A stretch of DNA of 63,496 nucleotides, the filler included, from Hyphochytrium catenoides (Eukaryota; Protista; Hyphochytriomycota): assembly GCA_900088475.1 (NCBI GenBank). It is 6 parts of 6 records of this genome, joined end to end, with 100 filler letters (N's around TTAATTAATTAA, not from the genome) between each part and the next. Parts side by side here need not be neighbours in the genome. Positions count along the whole stretch, not along the records: positions 1 to 28,178 come from FLMG01001443.1; 5 more parts are not named here. One strand, 5' to 3'. Shown here in pieces: positions 12,670 to 26,337 of the stretch (positions are counted from its first letter, which is position 1; each line of letters starts with the position of its first letter). The translations under genes and the position numbers were made by a program. Under the pieces are notes generated by a model. It was not told the origin of the DNA. It made no database searches and saw only the letters and a program-made list of their open reading frames with translations.

Positions 12670-13723
12670 CTATGAGCTCTTCTGCAGATGCTCATACACT
12701 TCCTGCAGAGCAGTTACCGCTGGCTCATATTCATCTGGTGGGCAGGAGGGAATAGAGACGCAAAAGAGAGAGAGAGAGAGAGAGAGAGTTGAGAAACCCT
12801 CGCGGGCTACTTACCATCCTAGTCAGGCTCTTTCTGATGCCATCCTCGAACTCTTTTTCCCGACCCTCTCATCTACATTCTCTCTCTCCTCGGTCCAACC
12901 GTGGTCATTGCTCTTTCTCTCCTGCGAATCCTCTTCCCTTGAATCCCTTCACCCGTCAGTCTTTGTCTATCTCTCCCTCTCTCCTTCTCTTTCTCTCCTA
13001 CTTACTCTGCATCATCACTGATTTCTCTAGGTACTGGGCCGCTGTCTGAAACTCTCCTCCTTCTTTATAGCAGAGCCCGATGTTATAGAACGTCACGTGG
13101 TGGTCGCCGAACAGCCGAAGGCTCTCAAGATAGAGTTTGCAAGCAGACGCGTGCCCTGGAATCTGAAGCTGATAGCAGCAGCGTCCAAGCTCTACGAGGG
13201 AGAAGAGGAGGGAAATTGATGGGGAAAGATAAAACAGTCACCACACCGGAGAGAGAAAGGGACACTTGAGAAAGAGAGAGAGAGAAAGAGAGAGAGAGGA
13301 AGGGCCGTGCGATGCAGGATCCCCCAGCCAACGCTGTCCGAAGCCCTGATACCAAGATGAAGGGACATAAAGTGCAACGGGCTTGCGGCACCGAGAGAGA
13401 CGAGAGAGAGAGACCATCCAGAATCAACGATGGCAGCAGTCGCATCAACAGAAGTGGGAAGCACAAAGCCGAAGGTGATAGAAGGGAACTGGCGGCAAAT
13501 TTGGAAGAAAGTAGCAGCTCCTCTTCGCTCCCTGGCCTCTACAATCTCCCCTCGCTCTCTCTCTCTCTCCCTTCTTTCTCTTTCTCTCCTTCCTCGTTGC
13601 TTTTCTTGGTCTCATCTGTCTTACCGAAGGGCACATCTTCATCCTCTCCGATATAGAAAAAGTTCTCATAGCAGTGGAGAAATGCGCTTTCGACCACGTC
13701 CTTGAGGGAACAGAGAGAGAGAA

Positions 13724-13757
<34 letters not shown>

Positions 13758-16700
13758 CCTATTAGGTTCCAAGACGGAGGCAAGGAGTTCGGGGAGAAGG
13801 AGTAGGAAATCAGCACATGTCCTCTTGGCCTTCATAAGCGTTTCCTCTCTCCTCGGCTGGAGTTCTCTCTACATCCATCTTGGTCCTTTCCATCTTCTCA
13901 GTCTCCACAAGCTGCTACCTATGCCAGGATTCTGTCCTTGTTCCTTGCATTTCCACTATTTGAATCCCAGCTTCTGTATCCCCACCGCGAATTGCCTACG
14001 TCTCTCTCTCCCTCAGCATACCTCTTCTTTCTATCCGGGCCCCTGTTCCTCGTGCTCTCTTCTTTCTTTCTCTCTGTCAATGTCTCCTCTTTCCTTATCC
14101 CTCTCCTTTTCTCTCTCCCTTTATCACTTACTCTCCTGCCTCACTCCTTTTCTCTCGCTTTCTTAACCCTTTCTCTGGTTCTCTGTCTCTCTCTCTTGGT
14201 GTTGTTTCTTCAAGCCATGTTTCCCCACTGGACCATGCTCATGCCTACCTTCTCCCACTCCGTCACTTCGTCGAGGACTTGCAGCAGTCTGGCGCGGATC
14301 TGGACGTTTATGAGACCGAGTCAACATAAGTTCACCGCAAAAAAGAGAAAAGAGTTGAGAGAGGCGCTATTTTTGAGAGAAGCAAAGAAAGAGAAGCGCT
14401 GTCTCTTCCCGAACCAAGGGCGAGATGAAGGAAGGATAAAGGCTTGCCGACGTGTCGGGAGAGAGGAGCGGTGAGAGATAGGGAGCAAAAGGCAGGAGAG
14501 GGGCAAGAATGGAAGAGAGAGAAGAGGTGAGAGACCCAGGCGAAGTGCTACCTCCATAAAGCAGTGAGGATCAAAGCCGCTAAGTCTCAAAAGGCTCAGC
14601 AGCTCCTGCAGAGTGTAGCCTGACTTGGACGCGTAGCGGAGGAAGGCATCTAGTAGGGAGAGTGCAGAGAGTTAGCACCGGCGTCAATGATAAAGGAAGA
14701 GGCAGGGCGAGAGACGGAGAGAGAGAGAGAATATAATCGGAAAAGAGCAAGAGAGAGATACTGAGAGAGCGAGAGAAGGAGGGAGGAAGACAAACAGGGG
14801 CAAGAGGGTGTTGAATACAGAGAAAAAGAGAGCGAGAACAGAGGGAGAGAGAAGGGAGAGAGAGAGAGAGAGAGAGTCGGAGAGAGAGATACTGAGAGAG
14901 CGAGAGAGGGACGGAGGAAGAAAGAAGGAGAGTCCAGACATGGGAAGGGAAGGGGGTCTGCTGAATGCAGAATGCAGAAAAAAAAGAGAGGAAGAACAGA
15001 GAAGAAGGGAGGAGAGAGCGCGGAAGAGAGAGAAAGAAAATCAACTCACATTCTACTTCTGCATCTTCTTCTTCCTGATGCTCATCGTCTCTTCCCTCCT
15101 CTTCCTCCTCTTGTGCATCGTCCGGAGGTGGATTTCGCTGTTTCTTTCTTTTCCTTTTGCCATTTGCCTCACTGTCCTCCTTCTCTTCTCGACTGACTTG
15201 GCCTCCAACTTGTCTCTCCTCTTCCTCCTCCATGTTATCCTCTTTCTTCCTTCCTTCTCCGTCTTCTCTACTGGGTGATGGCGGTCGGATCGCCACTCCG
15301 TTTACGCTCTCATACATGTTCTCAGTGTCTGTCGTCAAAAAGAGGAATATTATTAGAGAATTATCGAGCGAAATCTGCATCAAACAAATGAGTGAGATTT
15401 ACAAGATGCAAGAGAGAGAGAGAGTGAGAAAGAGAGAGAGAGAGGAGACCACTACATAGAAAGTAAAGTTTGGGGCGGGGGATTAGTACTTAAGAAGAAC
15501 AGGATTTATGGTCGTAAGCTCAAGAGACAGTGAGCCACTGCACAGAAAAAGCGACAGGTCCACAGAAAAAGGGATAGTCTAAAGAGAAAAAGAGAGAGAG
15601 AGAGAGAGAGNNNNNNNNNNNNNNNNNNNNNNNNNNNNNNNNNNNNNNNNNNNNNNNNNNNNNGTAACTCCTCAAAAGTCCTACCTTCTTTCTCGCCATT
15701 GCAAATCCGAATAGGCGGCGCATCATCATCGCAGACCTGCATCGCGTGGACCAACTGATAGAAGTCCACCGGCCCAAAGTCCATGAAGGACTCTTGGAAT
15801 GCAGTCTTAACATTAGAGACTGGGACATTTCCCAGGATCCAAGCTGCCGAGGCGAGGCAGGTATCGCCCTGAGCCTCTGCTTTAACGACAGACTTCAGCG
15901 CCTCCCCGCCCTTTGCGATGAAGTAAGAAGCAATGGCGTGCATGTTGCACATGAAGGAGAAAGAGCCCTCTATACTCATGGGATAGCCTACGCGCGCAGC
16001 AAACTCTGAAAGATAGTTGTACCCCTGTGGATGTGACGAATAGAGACAGGGAAACGCAGGATGATGGACGAGACAAGCAGCAAGAGGGAGATATAAAGAG
16101 AGAAATAAGGGAGAGAGAGAGAGAGAGAGAGGAAGGGAAGAGAAGAGAAGAATTGAGGTGAGAGAGGCGGTGGAGACAGCACAACCATGACTTAGCACTT
16201 TCTCTAAATCCTGAGGATAGTACTAACCAAATAAATGAGAAGACTTTTGCCGGTGAAAGAAAGAGCAGAGAGAAGCTTGAACAGAACAAGCTTGACGAAG
16301 AAGGAAGGTTGACTTAATCAAACACGACGTGGCACACAGGTGGCGGTTAAGTAAAAAGGAGTACAAGCGTAGCAGAACTGGAAATATGTGCAAGGTAGAG
16401 AGAGTGAAGCAAAACCTCTGGCATGGAACCTAAGAATAAATCAGGTGCCAGCCTAAGAGAGTAAAAGAGGACACCAGTGCGTGAGTAAACGAGGCTCACC
16501 TTGTCGCTGCAGAGCACTAAGATGTGATCCTTGGTCTTGGTAAGATCCAGAAGTGTCTCTACACAGCGCGTAGCGCCGATGGGAAGGAGAAAAGACGTGG
16601 AGCAGCCGTCTCCTCTTTCACTGAAGTGAGAAAAACTGTTACTCTCAAGCTGGCAAATGTATGAAAAGCTAAGGCCATTCTGCTCGAAACAAAGGGTCAA

Positions 16701-18729
16701 GGAAAGGTGATCGCTATGTGCAAAAAGCCATGAACAAGGGCAAGCACAGTGAACACCGACCAAGAGAGGATACACCATGCTTTCCAGACTGAGAAAGGCA
16801 AAGAGAAGATAGAAATGAGATGAAAATGGGGTGCAGAAATGGACTGCCAACAATGAAAGTGCAAGCGAGACAAGCTATTGCTTCAGCTTGAATCAATGCA
16901 AAGAGAGAAAAAGAAGAAGCTGCAGTGTGTCAAGCTCTATCGAGTTAGTCAAAGAAGAGACACAGTCAGGAGAGCAAACTCGCTTAAGCGAGAAACGGAC
17001 GTAGAGAAGAGATCAGCGGCAAGAGGAGCGGGGCTTGACCTTAGTTCGTCTATGTAAGCCTGTAACACCTTATTCAGCGCTGGAGAGTACGGAGCGCCAT
17101 ATCTCTTGTTAATATCAGGAATTTCCACCTGCATCGCTGGTGAATGGCATGGCACGGCTGACGCCAATGTCAAAATATCCGATATATTGCCTACCGGTGT
17201 ATACACTTTTTTGATTTTTTTGATGATGTCCGGGTCTTCGGCGTCTAGCGGGGACTTGTCCTTCGAGGCAGAGGTGATGACGCACTCCTTCAGGCCTTCT
17301 GAGGTGTACTGATAGAGTGAAGAGGGATAATGCGGCGAGAAGAAAATAGGGAGCGGCCGGGAAAGCGTGAGAGGATGCGGATGCGATGGAAGCCGGGGAA
17401 AAGGAGCATTCTCAAGGGAAAAACAACATATGAAATGGGGGTCCCAAGGAAGCGGTGCACAGGGAGAGAGAGTATAGGGCGAAGAGAGGAAACAAAAGAG
17501 GGGGAGAAGGGCGCGAGGAGAGGGGAGGAATGCGAGAGGAGAGAGAAATGAAGGTCCGAACGGGAGGAAACTGATGGGGCCGACATTCTAACATTTCGCC
17601 CGCACCACACATTAGCAGAAAGCCCATAGACTTGAAGGTCGAGGGACAAGTGCTTACCACATACGAATCTTGTTCCACCACGCAGAAAAAGTAGTTCCCG
17701 ACCGCAGCTAGCAGGGAAGGGAAGCGCATGTCAACAAATGGAGAAGAGGAAGGGCATGAAAGAGCATAACAATGGAGGGAAATTGAAGAGATGAGAAAGC
17801 TATAAAGCTAATAGAAAAGAAGGGCACTACTCCTCTGCCTAACCCTTACCGACAGGATTGAGCAAGCTTCCACGCTTTATTGTGCGCTTGGACATCGTCA
17901 GCACCATTTCTTTTGGCGGCTATGGGACAGAAGGTATGCCAGAGAAGGCCCAGAGAGAGGACGCGGACGTGTATAAGAGGAGTAAGAGACAACGGTCCCC
18001 GAGGTTTGCATCAGGTGTCCGCCAGTATATTGATCAAAGGACACTTCACTCTAAGAGATGTCTAACCAGTGGTGAGGCTTAGAAGAAAGAAGATGGAAGA
18101 GAGAAAGGAAAGAAGTGTCTATCTGGACAGGAACAGGAACAGCGATAGCCGAACAACAGATGGTGGCGAAAGGCCCAAAGGAGGAGAAGAACATTTTCTT
18201 CTAAGATGCAAAGAGGTAGCTTCCCCTACCTTGGACGCGTCGTAGATCATAAAATCTACGACTCCTCGCTTCACAAAGTCGGTGAACTTTGGGTGCTTCT
18301 GCCTATCAAATCGAGGCAAGGAACGGCATCCACCCACCACGTAACATTAAGAGACAGGAACCAAGGCAGATGAGAATTAGGAGAGGACCGAGTCACGTGA
18401 ACAGGCAGAGAGAGACGAGAAGTAAGGAAATTGGGCAAGGGCCCCATCTGGATTGTGATGGTCTCAACCTTTTAAGGAGGATTGAGGAAACGTAAGAAGG
18501 GAATGCAGCAGAACCGAAGCTTATTGACGAGTGAGCTTTCAAAGGCAGGCCCAGACTACACTGAGGCGGCCTCAAAGGAAAAAGAAACATTGGCAAGACT
18601 GGACATTAGAGGCGCGCGCAACAGAGAATTCCAGAGGAACAAAGAGGTTGCGCAACAGAGAATTCCAGAGGAACAAAGAGGTTGGAGTAGGGAGGGCGAG
18701 GGAAGGGCGAGTAAGAGCGAAAGATGCCC

Positions 18730-18794
<65 letters not shown>

Positions 18795-19552
18795 CGAGAA
18801 AGGGAGAGAGAATGGCGGAAAGAGAGAGGATCGAGTGACAGAGCGAGAGAGGAAATGACAGAGGAGAGAGAGAGAGAAAGTAGAAGACCCTGATGAGCAA
18901 CTGACCAGAAGGTAAGGTTTCTGAGGGTGACATCGGTTAGGACATAGGTAACCCTCAGTCCCTTCAGATAAGGCACTCTCTCCAGCATCGGCTCTAGAGC
19001 TGTCATAAAGTAAAAGGCAAATCTCCCACTGCCTGCCCCAAACTCGAAGATGTAAAATGGCTGGTCCAGGTAAAGCTTCTTCTCTCCTCCCGGGTGAAGA
19101 AGAGGAGAGAGAAAGAGGTCCTTCAGCCATTCAACGACCAACTAGTAGAAGAGAGACGGAAGACAGGAGTCAGACAATCAAGGTTACCGAAGGCCAAGCA
19201 GCAGAAGAGCTTAGATGACCATAAGAAGAGAGAACAGTGAGAGGAGAAGCGGTAAAAGACGCATTTTTGAAAGAGAAAGAGAGAGAGAGACACACACACA
19301 CACAGACAATGAGAGAGAGAGAGTGGAGAGGAGAGCAGGAAGAAGAAGGGGCGGAGTGGCACACTGGATCTCGTGTGCAGGGAAAGCACTGGTGGATAAG
19401 GTTCACCATATTCACAAAGGCGAGGAAGAGAAAGAGAGCGATAAAGCTGAAGATAATGAGACGAACTTCAACAGACAAAGTTCTTATCTTAGGACCCACC
19501 TTGGCGTAAGCTTTGGCAATGAAAGGGTTAGTGGTAATGTAGTTGGGTACCT

Positions 19553-19597
<45 letters not shown>

Positions 19598-20173
19598 GAG
19601 TGGGGAGACAGTGAGAGAGAGAGAGAGAGGAGAGAGAGAGAGGAGAGAGAGAGGAGTGGGGAGACAGTGAGAGAGAGAGACAGTGAGAGAGAGAGACAGA
19701 GAGAAAGAGAGACAGAGAGAAAGAGGACAGAGAGAGCGAGAGAAAGAGAGACAGAGACAGAGAGACAGGAGAGAGAGGAGAAGCATCACGAGCAGCGGGA
19801 ACGTGATGAGCACACATGGAGAACACATCACGTTGGTGGGCAAGCACATTGGGAGGGGTAGAGTCAGTGCTCCAGAAGAAGGAAGAAGAAACAGTGTGGC
19901 AGCGCCACAGTGTAGACCGAAGTAACCGCGAGGCACCAGCGGAACAGAGAGACAAGGGAGAGGTACACGCACTGAGAGAGAGGAGGGAGAGAGAGGAAGA
20001 GAGGCAATCGTAATGAGACAGCAGTGGCCACTCACAATGTTCTTACTCCAGGCGTTGATGCCCTGATTGTGGTAGAAGGCCTTCTGAAGATCCCAGAGCA
20101 CGGACTTTGAGAGAGGTACCTGCTGCTCCAGGTACCACTCTCCATCTCCACCTCTCTTGCCGAGCGGTGCCAT
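12670..20173 (-). CDS. SAM-dependent methyltransferase (MidA/Methyltransf_28-like) with C-terminal TPR; 15 exons, ~700 aa
   Basis: Exons 20036-20173, 19500-19550, 18906-19141, 18230-18302, 17850-17919, 17658-17707, 17040-17308, 16500-16620, 15685-16024, 15050-15328, 14552-14649, 14249-14299, 13625-13700, 13006-13191, 12670-12734. All are GT-AG with consistent phases (2103 nt). Motifs: VPNYITTNPFIAKAYA, motif I IFEFGAGSGRFA, YVLTD, AVGNYFF, LCSDKGY, TPR-like TFYNIGLCYKEGGEFQTAAQYLEKS. Confidence 0.85.
18616..18683 (+). repeat. Perfect 34-bp tandem duplication in an intron
   Basis: gcgcaacagagaattccagaggaacaaagaggtt x2. Confidence 0.9.
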
Positions 20174-21036
20174 GGTAGGAAGAGAAAGAGGACAAGGTAT
20201 TGGCCCGCAGATTGAGAGGAAGGGACCGTCACGAGTCTTTCTCCTTCTTTACGGTCTCGGGGAGCTGCAGAGGTCGCTCCTCTCGAACGATCCCGTCCTG
20301 CTTCTCCTTCTCGTAGGAGGAAAGAGCAATAACTTTGGCAATTATAATAACCCTTCCTCTTCTATAAAGATCTGGCTTGTGCAGCTTCTTTCTCTCTCTC
20401 TGGTTCGCTCTCTCTCTCTCTCTCTCTCTCGCTTTTCTATCTATCTCATCTCTCTCTACCTATCTATCTATCTTTATCCCTAACTCTCTCTTTCCCTCCA
20501 TCTATCTGTATCTCTCTCACTCGCACTCTGTCTCTTTCTCTCAGCCCTTTTCTCTGTCTCTCTCTCTCTCTCTGTCTCTCTCTCCCGTTGGCCTCTGTGA
20601 TGGCTGGTGAGCGGTGATGCTTGAAGCTGGAGAGAGATGATGGTCAAAAAATTCCAAATAAAGATTCTAAATGGATGGTTCACCATCTGATTATCAGACA
20701 CTCTGATTCTTTCAGTGGACTAGTCTAGGTATCTAGGTTACCTAAGCAGGCAACCTAGCCCAGGTACAACGAAGTGAGAATGGTAAAACCTGGTTTCTTG
20801 GCCCATTGGACTCGGGTGGGTTGGGGGTCTTTTGGGATTCCCTGTGATTCTTTGGTGGAACGCACTTTGGGGGCAGTCTGGACTATCTCTAGCCCCTCTG
20901 TGTCTCTACATCAGCAGATTGGTTAGGCATTATTAGGGACCTCGTTTTCTCTCCTCCATCTCGGGGTGCTCTGTCTCAATGTCTCTTTCTACTGGCGGCA
21001 CGCTTCTACTCATCGCTTCTGTTCCTTCATCTTTGA

Positions 21037-21118
<82 letters not shown>

Positions 21119-21449
21119 TTCTCTCTCACCCGTATCTCCCCTAATTGTCTCTATTCTCTCTTATTCTCCCACCTGCGGTCTTCCTCTTTCTCTGAGAGAG
21201 CACGCGGATTCTGAAGTCACATCAGTCTTTCTCTGCCTTAGCCGCGTGCATCCCTGAGCGCTGGCAGAGAGAAGGGATCCGGACTGCTTGCTCAGCAAAG
21301 CATTATAGTCGACAATCCTTCCGCTGAAGAGGTAGATCAGAAGCTGGAATCTTTGCTCTCTTTGCAGAAGAGAGTCGGTCAAGCAACAGACAGAGAGAGA
21401 GAGAGAAAAGAAGAGAGAAAGAAAGAGAGAGAGAGAAGTGTAGGCAAAC

Positions 21450-24400
21450 ATGATCAGCGGTAAGGCTATGCGCCGTTTACACTCTACACTTACGGCTGGA
21501 CGGCGGCGGACGGTTAGCCTCAAATCTGCTCCGTATCAAGGGTCTCTTCCGGGGCTGTCATCTCTCTCCTCCGGCCCGAGCTTTAGTCACTATGGGGCGG
21601 GAAAGAGAGAGAGACGGTTCTTGAGTACCAGTCCAATGAAAGATGAGGACGAGAGCGTGGTAGAGACTCCTCAGCCCGTCAAGGACGAGGGGAAGAAGTC
21701 TGCGGAGTCGTTTGACGAGCTGAACCCACGGGGCATGATGGAGAGACTGGACCAGTATATCATTGGCCAGGTAACGGCTTACCAGTCCTCTCCTGCTTGC
21801 TCGCTCTCGTCTACTCTCTCTCCTCTCTCTCCCTCCACTCTCGATCTTGCTCTCTCTCCTCTCTTCTCTGTTGTGCGCTGGCACTATCGCGGCTCTCTCC
21901 TCAGTCGCTATTCAAATCGTCTCGCCCAGGATTAAGAGTGAATTCATCTGTTACTCGCTTCTTCTCTCTCTCTCACTTATTGGCTTTCTCTCTAGATTGG
22001 CATTTTGTTTGGGTCATTTCTCTCTCTCTCTCTCTCTCTCTACTATCACTTCCAAGCGTCGTAGAAACAAGGGTTAGGACACTATGGGGCAGCACATCCC
22101 AACCTCGAACGTTCTCCAATGCCACAGCTCTGCCTCATTCTTCCTTTTCCCATCCCCCATTGCCACACTCGTGGCGCTCACAATCTTCATTGTCGATGCT
22201 TTCAGGCCGACGCCAAGCGCGCAGTGGCTGTGGCGCTCCGCAACCGCTGGCGGCGGCAGCAGCTGCCTGAGGATCTGCGGAACGAAGTGATGCCCCGGAA
22301 CATTCTTATGATCGGACCAACGGGCTGCGGCAAGACAGAGATAGCGAGAAGGATAGCTAAGCTTCTAGATGCACCCTTCATCAAGGTGAGAGAGGGGAGA
22401 GAGAGTGTGTGATCAGTGTTACCGATAGAGAAAGATAAAAGCAAGCGAGAATGAGAGAGAGCGGAGGGTGCAGAAAGAAAGAGAGAGAGAAGAGAAGAAC
22501 TCTTCCTCACTTAGATAGAGCGAGTTGCTCTGCCGCATGTCCTTTGCCGGTTTGGCATGCTGAATGTCCCCGGGGCTTGGCACGAGTTATCCTCTCTCTC
22601 CTCTATCCCCTAACGTTCTGACCTTGGCAGTTGCGCTTATCGACGAGCGTTTCTCTTCCTGCGACGTTCTCTTCTCTCTTATGTGTTTTGGCCTGCCTTT
22701 GGTGTCGTTTTTTTCTAGACCGTTCCTTGGCTCTTGTCGGGTTATAGTGCTGTTCCTAACACTTTAGTGGGCTCGGACTAATGCAATCGCCTCGTGTCTC
22801 TGGCTTCAACGTTGATGCTCCCCTCTCCTCTCTCTCTCTGATTATATCCCGTTTTCTTCCCGGTATTTTTATCTCTCTCTCTCTTCCCTCACCTGTCTGC
22901 TCCAGGTTGAAGCCACAAAGTTCACGGAGGTGGGCTTCCACGGCCGAGACGTAGATCAGATCATCCGCGACCTGGTGGACATCTCAATCGCGCTGACGAA
23001 GAAGAAGGCAACAGAAAGAATACGGAAGGAGGTGGCGGAGAAGGTGGACGAGCACATTCTGGACATTCTAGTAGGCCCCCAGGCGACTGGAGAGATTAGA
23101 GAGAGCTTCAGGAATATGCTGAAGCAGGTTAGACCTTTTTCCAGTCCCTCTCTCGCTCTCTGTCCCCCTCTTTCTCTCTCTCTCTCCCTCCATCCCGGGC
23201 CTTCTCTTTGTTTTTCCCTCTCTTTCTCTCCATCTTGGCCCTAATTTTGTCGAGTGATGGTGCGCTGACTTCCTTCTATCTCAACTTCTATGGTCGGTTG
23301 GTTAGACCTTCAGTTGCATCCGCGGCTAGCTCTTCTCTTTCTTCTTTTCTGAAAGGCGGTTGTCTTTTCCTTTGCTGCTCTTAGTGACTGCTGGTTTCCT
23401 TGTCCTGCAATGATCTTCAGGCTCTGCATCCTCTGCTGCTCTCTCTCTGGGCTTCGTCTTTGTCGGTCTTTCCTCCCTCTGACTTGGGTCTAGGTTTGCC
23501 CTAATGCAATCGTACAATCTGTCAAAGTGAACCTTTGTACGTCGTCTTCTCTCTCTCTCTCTCTTTTTTTCTCTCTTTTCTCTTTCTAACCTCATGGATG
23601 CTCTCAATGTCTTCCCCTCTCGGTTGGCCTCATATTCTGTAGGGGCGTCTTGACACGCGGGAGATTGAGATCGAGGTGCCAACAGAGAGAGGCGGGCCCT
23701 CTATCGCCTTTGACTCTATAGGCGGACTGCAAGTGGAGACTATAGTTGCCAAGCTTCAGGGAATGAGAGAGAAAGGGAAGAACAAGGAGAAGAAGAGGCT
23801 CCCTATCTCAGAGGCCAGGCCCATTATAGAGGAAATGGAGATGGAAAAGCAGATGGACATGGGAGATGTCACAAAGGAGGCAGTCAAACAGGTGAGACTG
23901 CTGAAAGGCGCTCTTTCTTCCATTGCTGGTCTTTGTTTCCTTTACTTTTATCTCTTTCTCTCTCACTCCCTCTCTATCCCTCCTCTCTCCTTCTCTATCT
24001 TCTCTCTGTTGAATCAACGCTTACTATAGTGCTCTTTACTTCTTGTGGCACTCCAACGCTTTCGACTAACTCTCTCTCTCTCTCTCCCTTTCAGGTTGAG
24101 GAGAACGGCATCGTGTTCCTTGATGAGATTGATAAGATTGTTAACACGAGCGAGTACAGAGGCGCAGACGCCAGCGCCGAGGGCGTCCAGAGAGACCTTC
24201 TTCCTCTGATTGAGGGCAGCTCCATATCCACCAAGCACGGGAATGTGAACACGGACCACATTCTCTTTATCGCCTCAGGCGCCTTTCACTCCTGCAAGCC
24301 CTCAGACCTCATGGCCGAACTGCAGGTCAGCAAGAGAGAAAGAGACAACAGCAAAGCGAGAGAGGGAGAGTATAAAGGAGAGAGAGAGAGGAGAGAGAAG

Positions 24401-25220
24401 AGAGAGAGAGAGTGTGTCCTTCGCTCTCGTTCTCCCAACAACAGTGTCTCGGACGCATGCTTTGCTCTAATCGTATCTCATAACTGTCTGTCTCTCTCTC
24501 TCTCTCATTATCTCTTCCTTCTTCTCGCTCGCTTTCGTCTCTCTCGCTTCCGGTTCTTCTCCTGCTCCTCTATGGACAGGGTCGTCTTCCCATCCGCGTG
24601 GAGCTGAAGGGCTTGACGGTGACGGATCTCTATCGGATCCTCACGGAGCCAGTCACCAACATTCTCCGCCAGCAGAAGGAGTTGATGCGCACGGAAGATG
24701 TTAACTTAGAGTTCACGGAGGAGGCGATCAGAGAGATCGCCAGGCTCGCTGCAGAGCTCAACCAGACAGTGGAGAATATTGGAGCCAGACGGCTGCACAC
24801 AGGTAAAGAGAGAGACGAGAGAGAGACAGGCAAAGAGAGACAGACAGGTTGGGAAGAGAAAGAGAGGAAGAAGTGAAAGAGACAGGAACGATCTTGCAAG
24901 GCATGGAAGAAGGTGTAGGTTTAAGAGGCAGAGTAAGAGCGGGACAGGAGAATGGTGCGCGATACCAGGCACCCTGCACCTTGGTGAGGCAGGGATGTGG
25001 AGGAGAGGGGAGAGAAGAGAGGAGAAGGGGGCTCGGGAGAAAGAGAAAGAGAGAATGTGTGAACACAGAGGGAGAGACATGGTGCTTTGGGGGTAGGAGC
25101 TAAAAGGGAGCGTTGAACATAAGAGAAGGGAGAGGTCGGGAAGGGCCATCGTTGTATTGTATTCTCAACTAATCTGCACGCTTCTGTCTTTCTTACTCTC
25201 TCTTTCTCTCTCTCTTTCTT

Positions 25221-25255
<35 letters not shown>

Positions 25256-25401
25256 TCTTAGTGATTGAGAGGATTGTGGAGGACATCAGCTTCGCAGGGC
25301 CGGAGCTAAAGGGACAGACGGTGACCGTGGACCTGGAGATGGTGAACAAGAAGCTCGCCGACATGCTCAAGAAGAATGACCTGAGCAAGTTTATTCTCTA
25401 G
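21450..25401 (+). CDS. hslU: ATP-dependent protease ATPase subunit HslU (ClpY), probably mitochondrial; 7 exons, ~521 aa
   Basis: Exons 21450-21770, 22206-22385, 22906-23127, 23643-23891, 24095-24325, 24580-24802, 25262-25401. Motifs: [25 protein letters not shown], Walker [28 protein letters not shown], Walker [38 protein letters not shown], terminal DLSKFIL. The N-terminal extension is Arg/Ser-rich. Confidence 0.96.
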
Positions 25402-26304
25402 AGAAAGGGAAGGGAGAACTGAAAGTAGAGAAAGGGAGAGAGAGAGAGAGAGAAAGAGAGACACGCACAGGAGCGAGGAGACTGATGGGGACGTCCATCA
25501 TCACTATATCTTTAGGTTGAGGTCATATGCCTACCCATCATTGGGGAAGGCGAGAGAAAAGTGCTAGGACAGGCAGGGCATGCGCCGGCAAAGGGGAGAG
25601 AGGAGCGGGCTTCTCTTCTGCTACACTTCTCTCTCTCTTGGCTGCTTTCTTTCTCTCTCTCGTCCTAGCAATGCAAGCCTATGCTATTTCTGCTTGCCAG
25701 ACAAATAAATAGGCAACTCTTACGCAATGCTTAGCTTTATAACAGAATGAGATGACCAGCACCTTATCTCTTTGCAGCCAAACGCTCTCTCTCTCTCTCT
25801 CCGCCTTTTTTAATTCAACACCCTGATGAGGCTTGTCTTCTCGTTATCCTTGGGACAGAGACGCTGGCTGCTGTTGAGCGGTGTGTCTTCTCTTCTCATG
25901 ACCAGAGCTTTTGTCATGAAGAAATTGGGAAAGACAATAATGGGAGAAGTGGTCTCTCTTCTCTGAGAGCTTCTTTCTCTTCTACACTCTCTGTATCGTA
26001 CTCTCCCTATCTTCGACTCTCTCTCTCTCTCCCTCTCCTACTCTCTCTCCTACTCTTGTCCCTGCTCTCTCTCCTGCACATCATCATCAAGACCGAGCGT
26101 AGGACGAAGCCAAGAAGACCGTGCACTGGCACTGGCAGTGGAAGCTTTCCGTTTCTTTCTTCAACACCTGAAATTCTCTCATTCTCCGGACGTTTAGCTA
26201 GCGATAAGTGTAATATATCGTGGAATATTTCATCAACCAATCTTTCGGAATTGGACACTATTCTGAAGGCTTCTTTCTGTTCTCTCTCTCTCTCTCTGTC
26301 TCTT

Positions 26305-26337
<33 letters not shown>

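Noticed and set aside
8372-25401. ACL, methyltransferase and hslU as a functional cluster or bacterial contaminant
   Set aside because: All are spliced, with mixed orientation and no pathway link evident.
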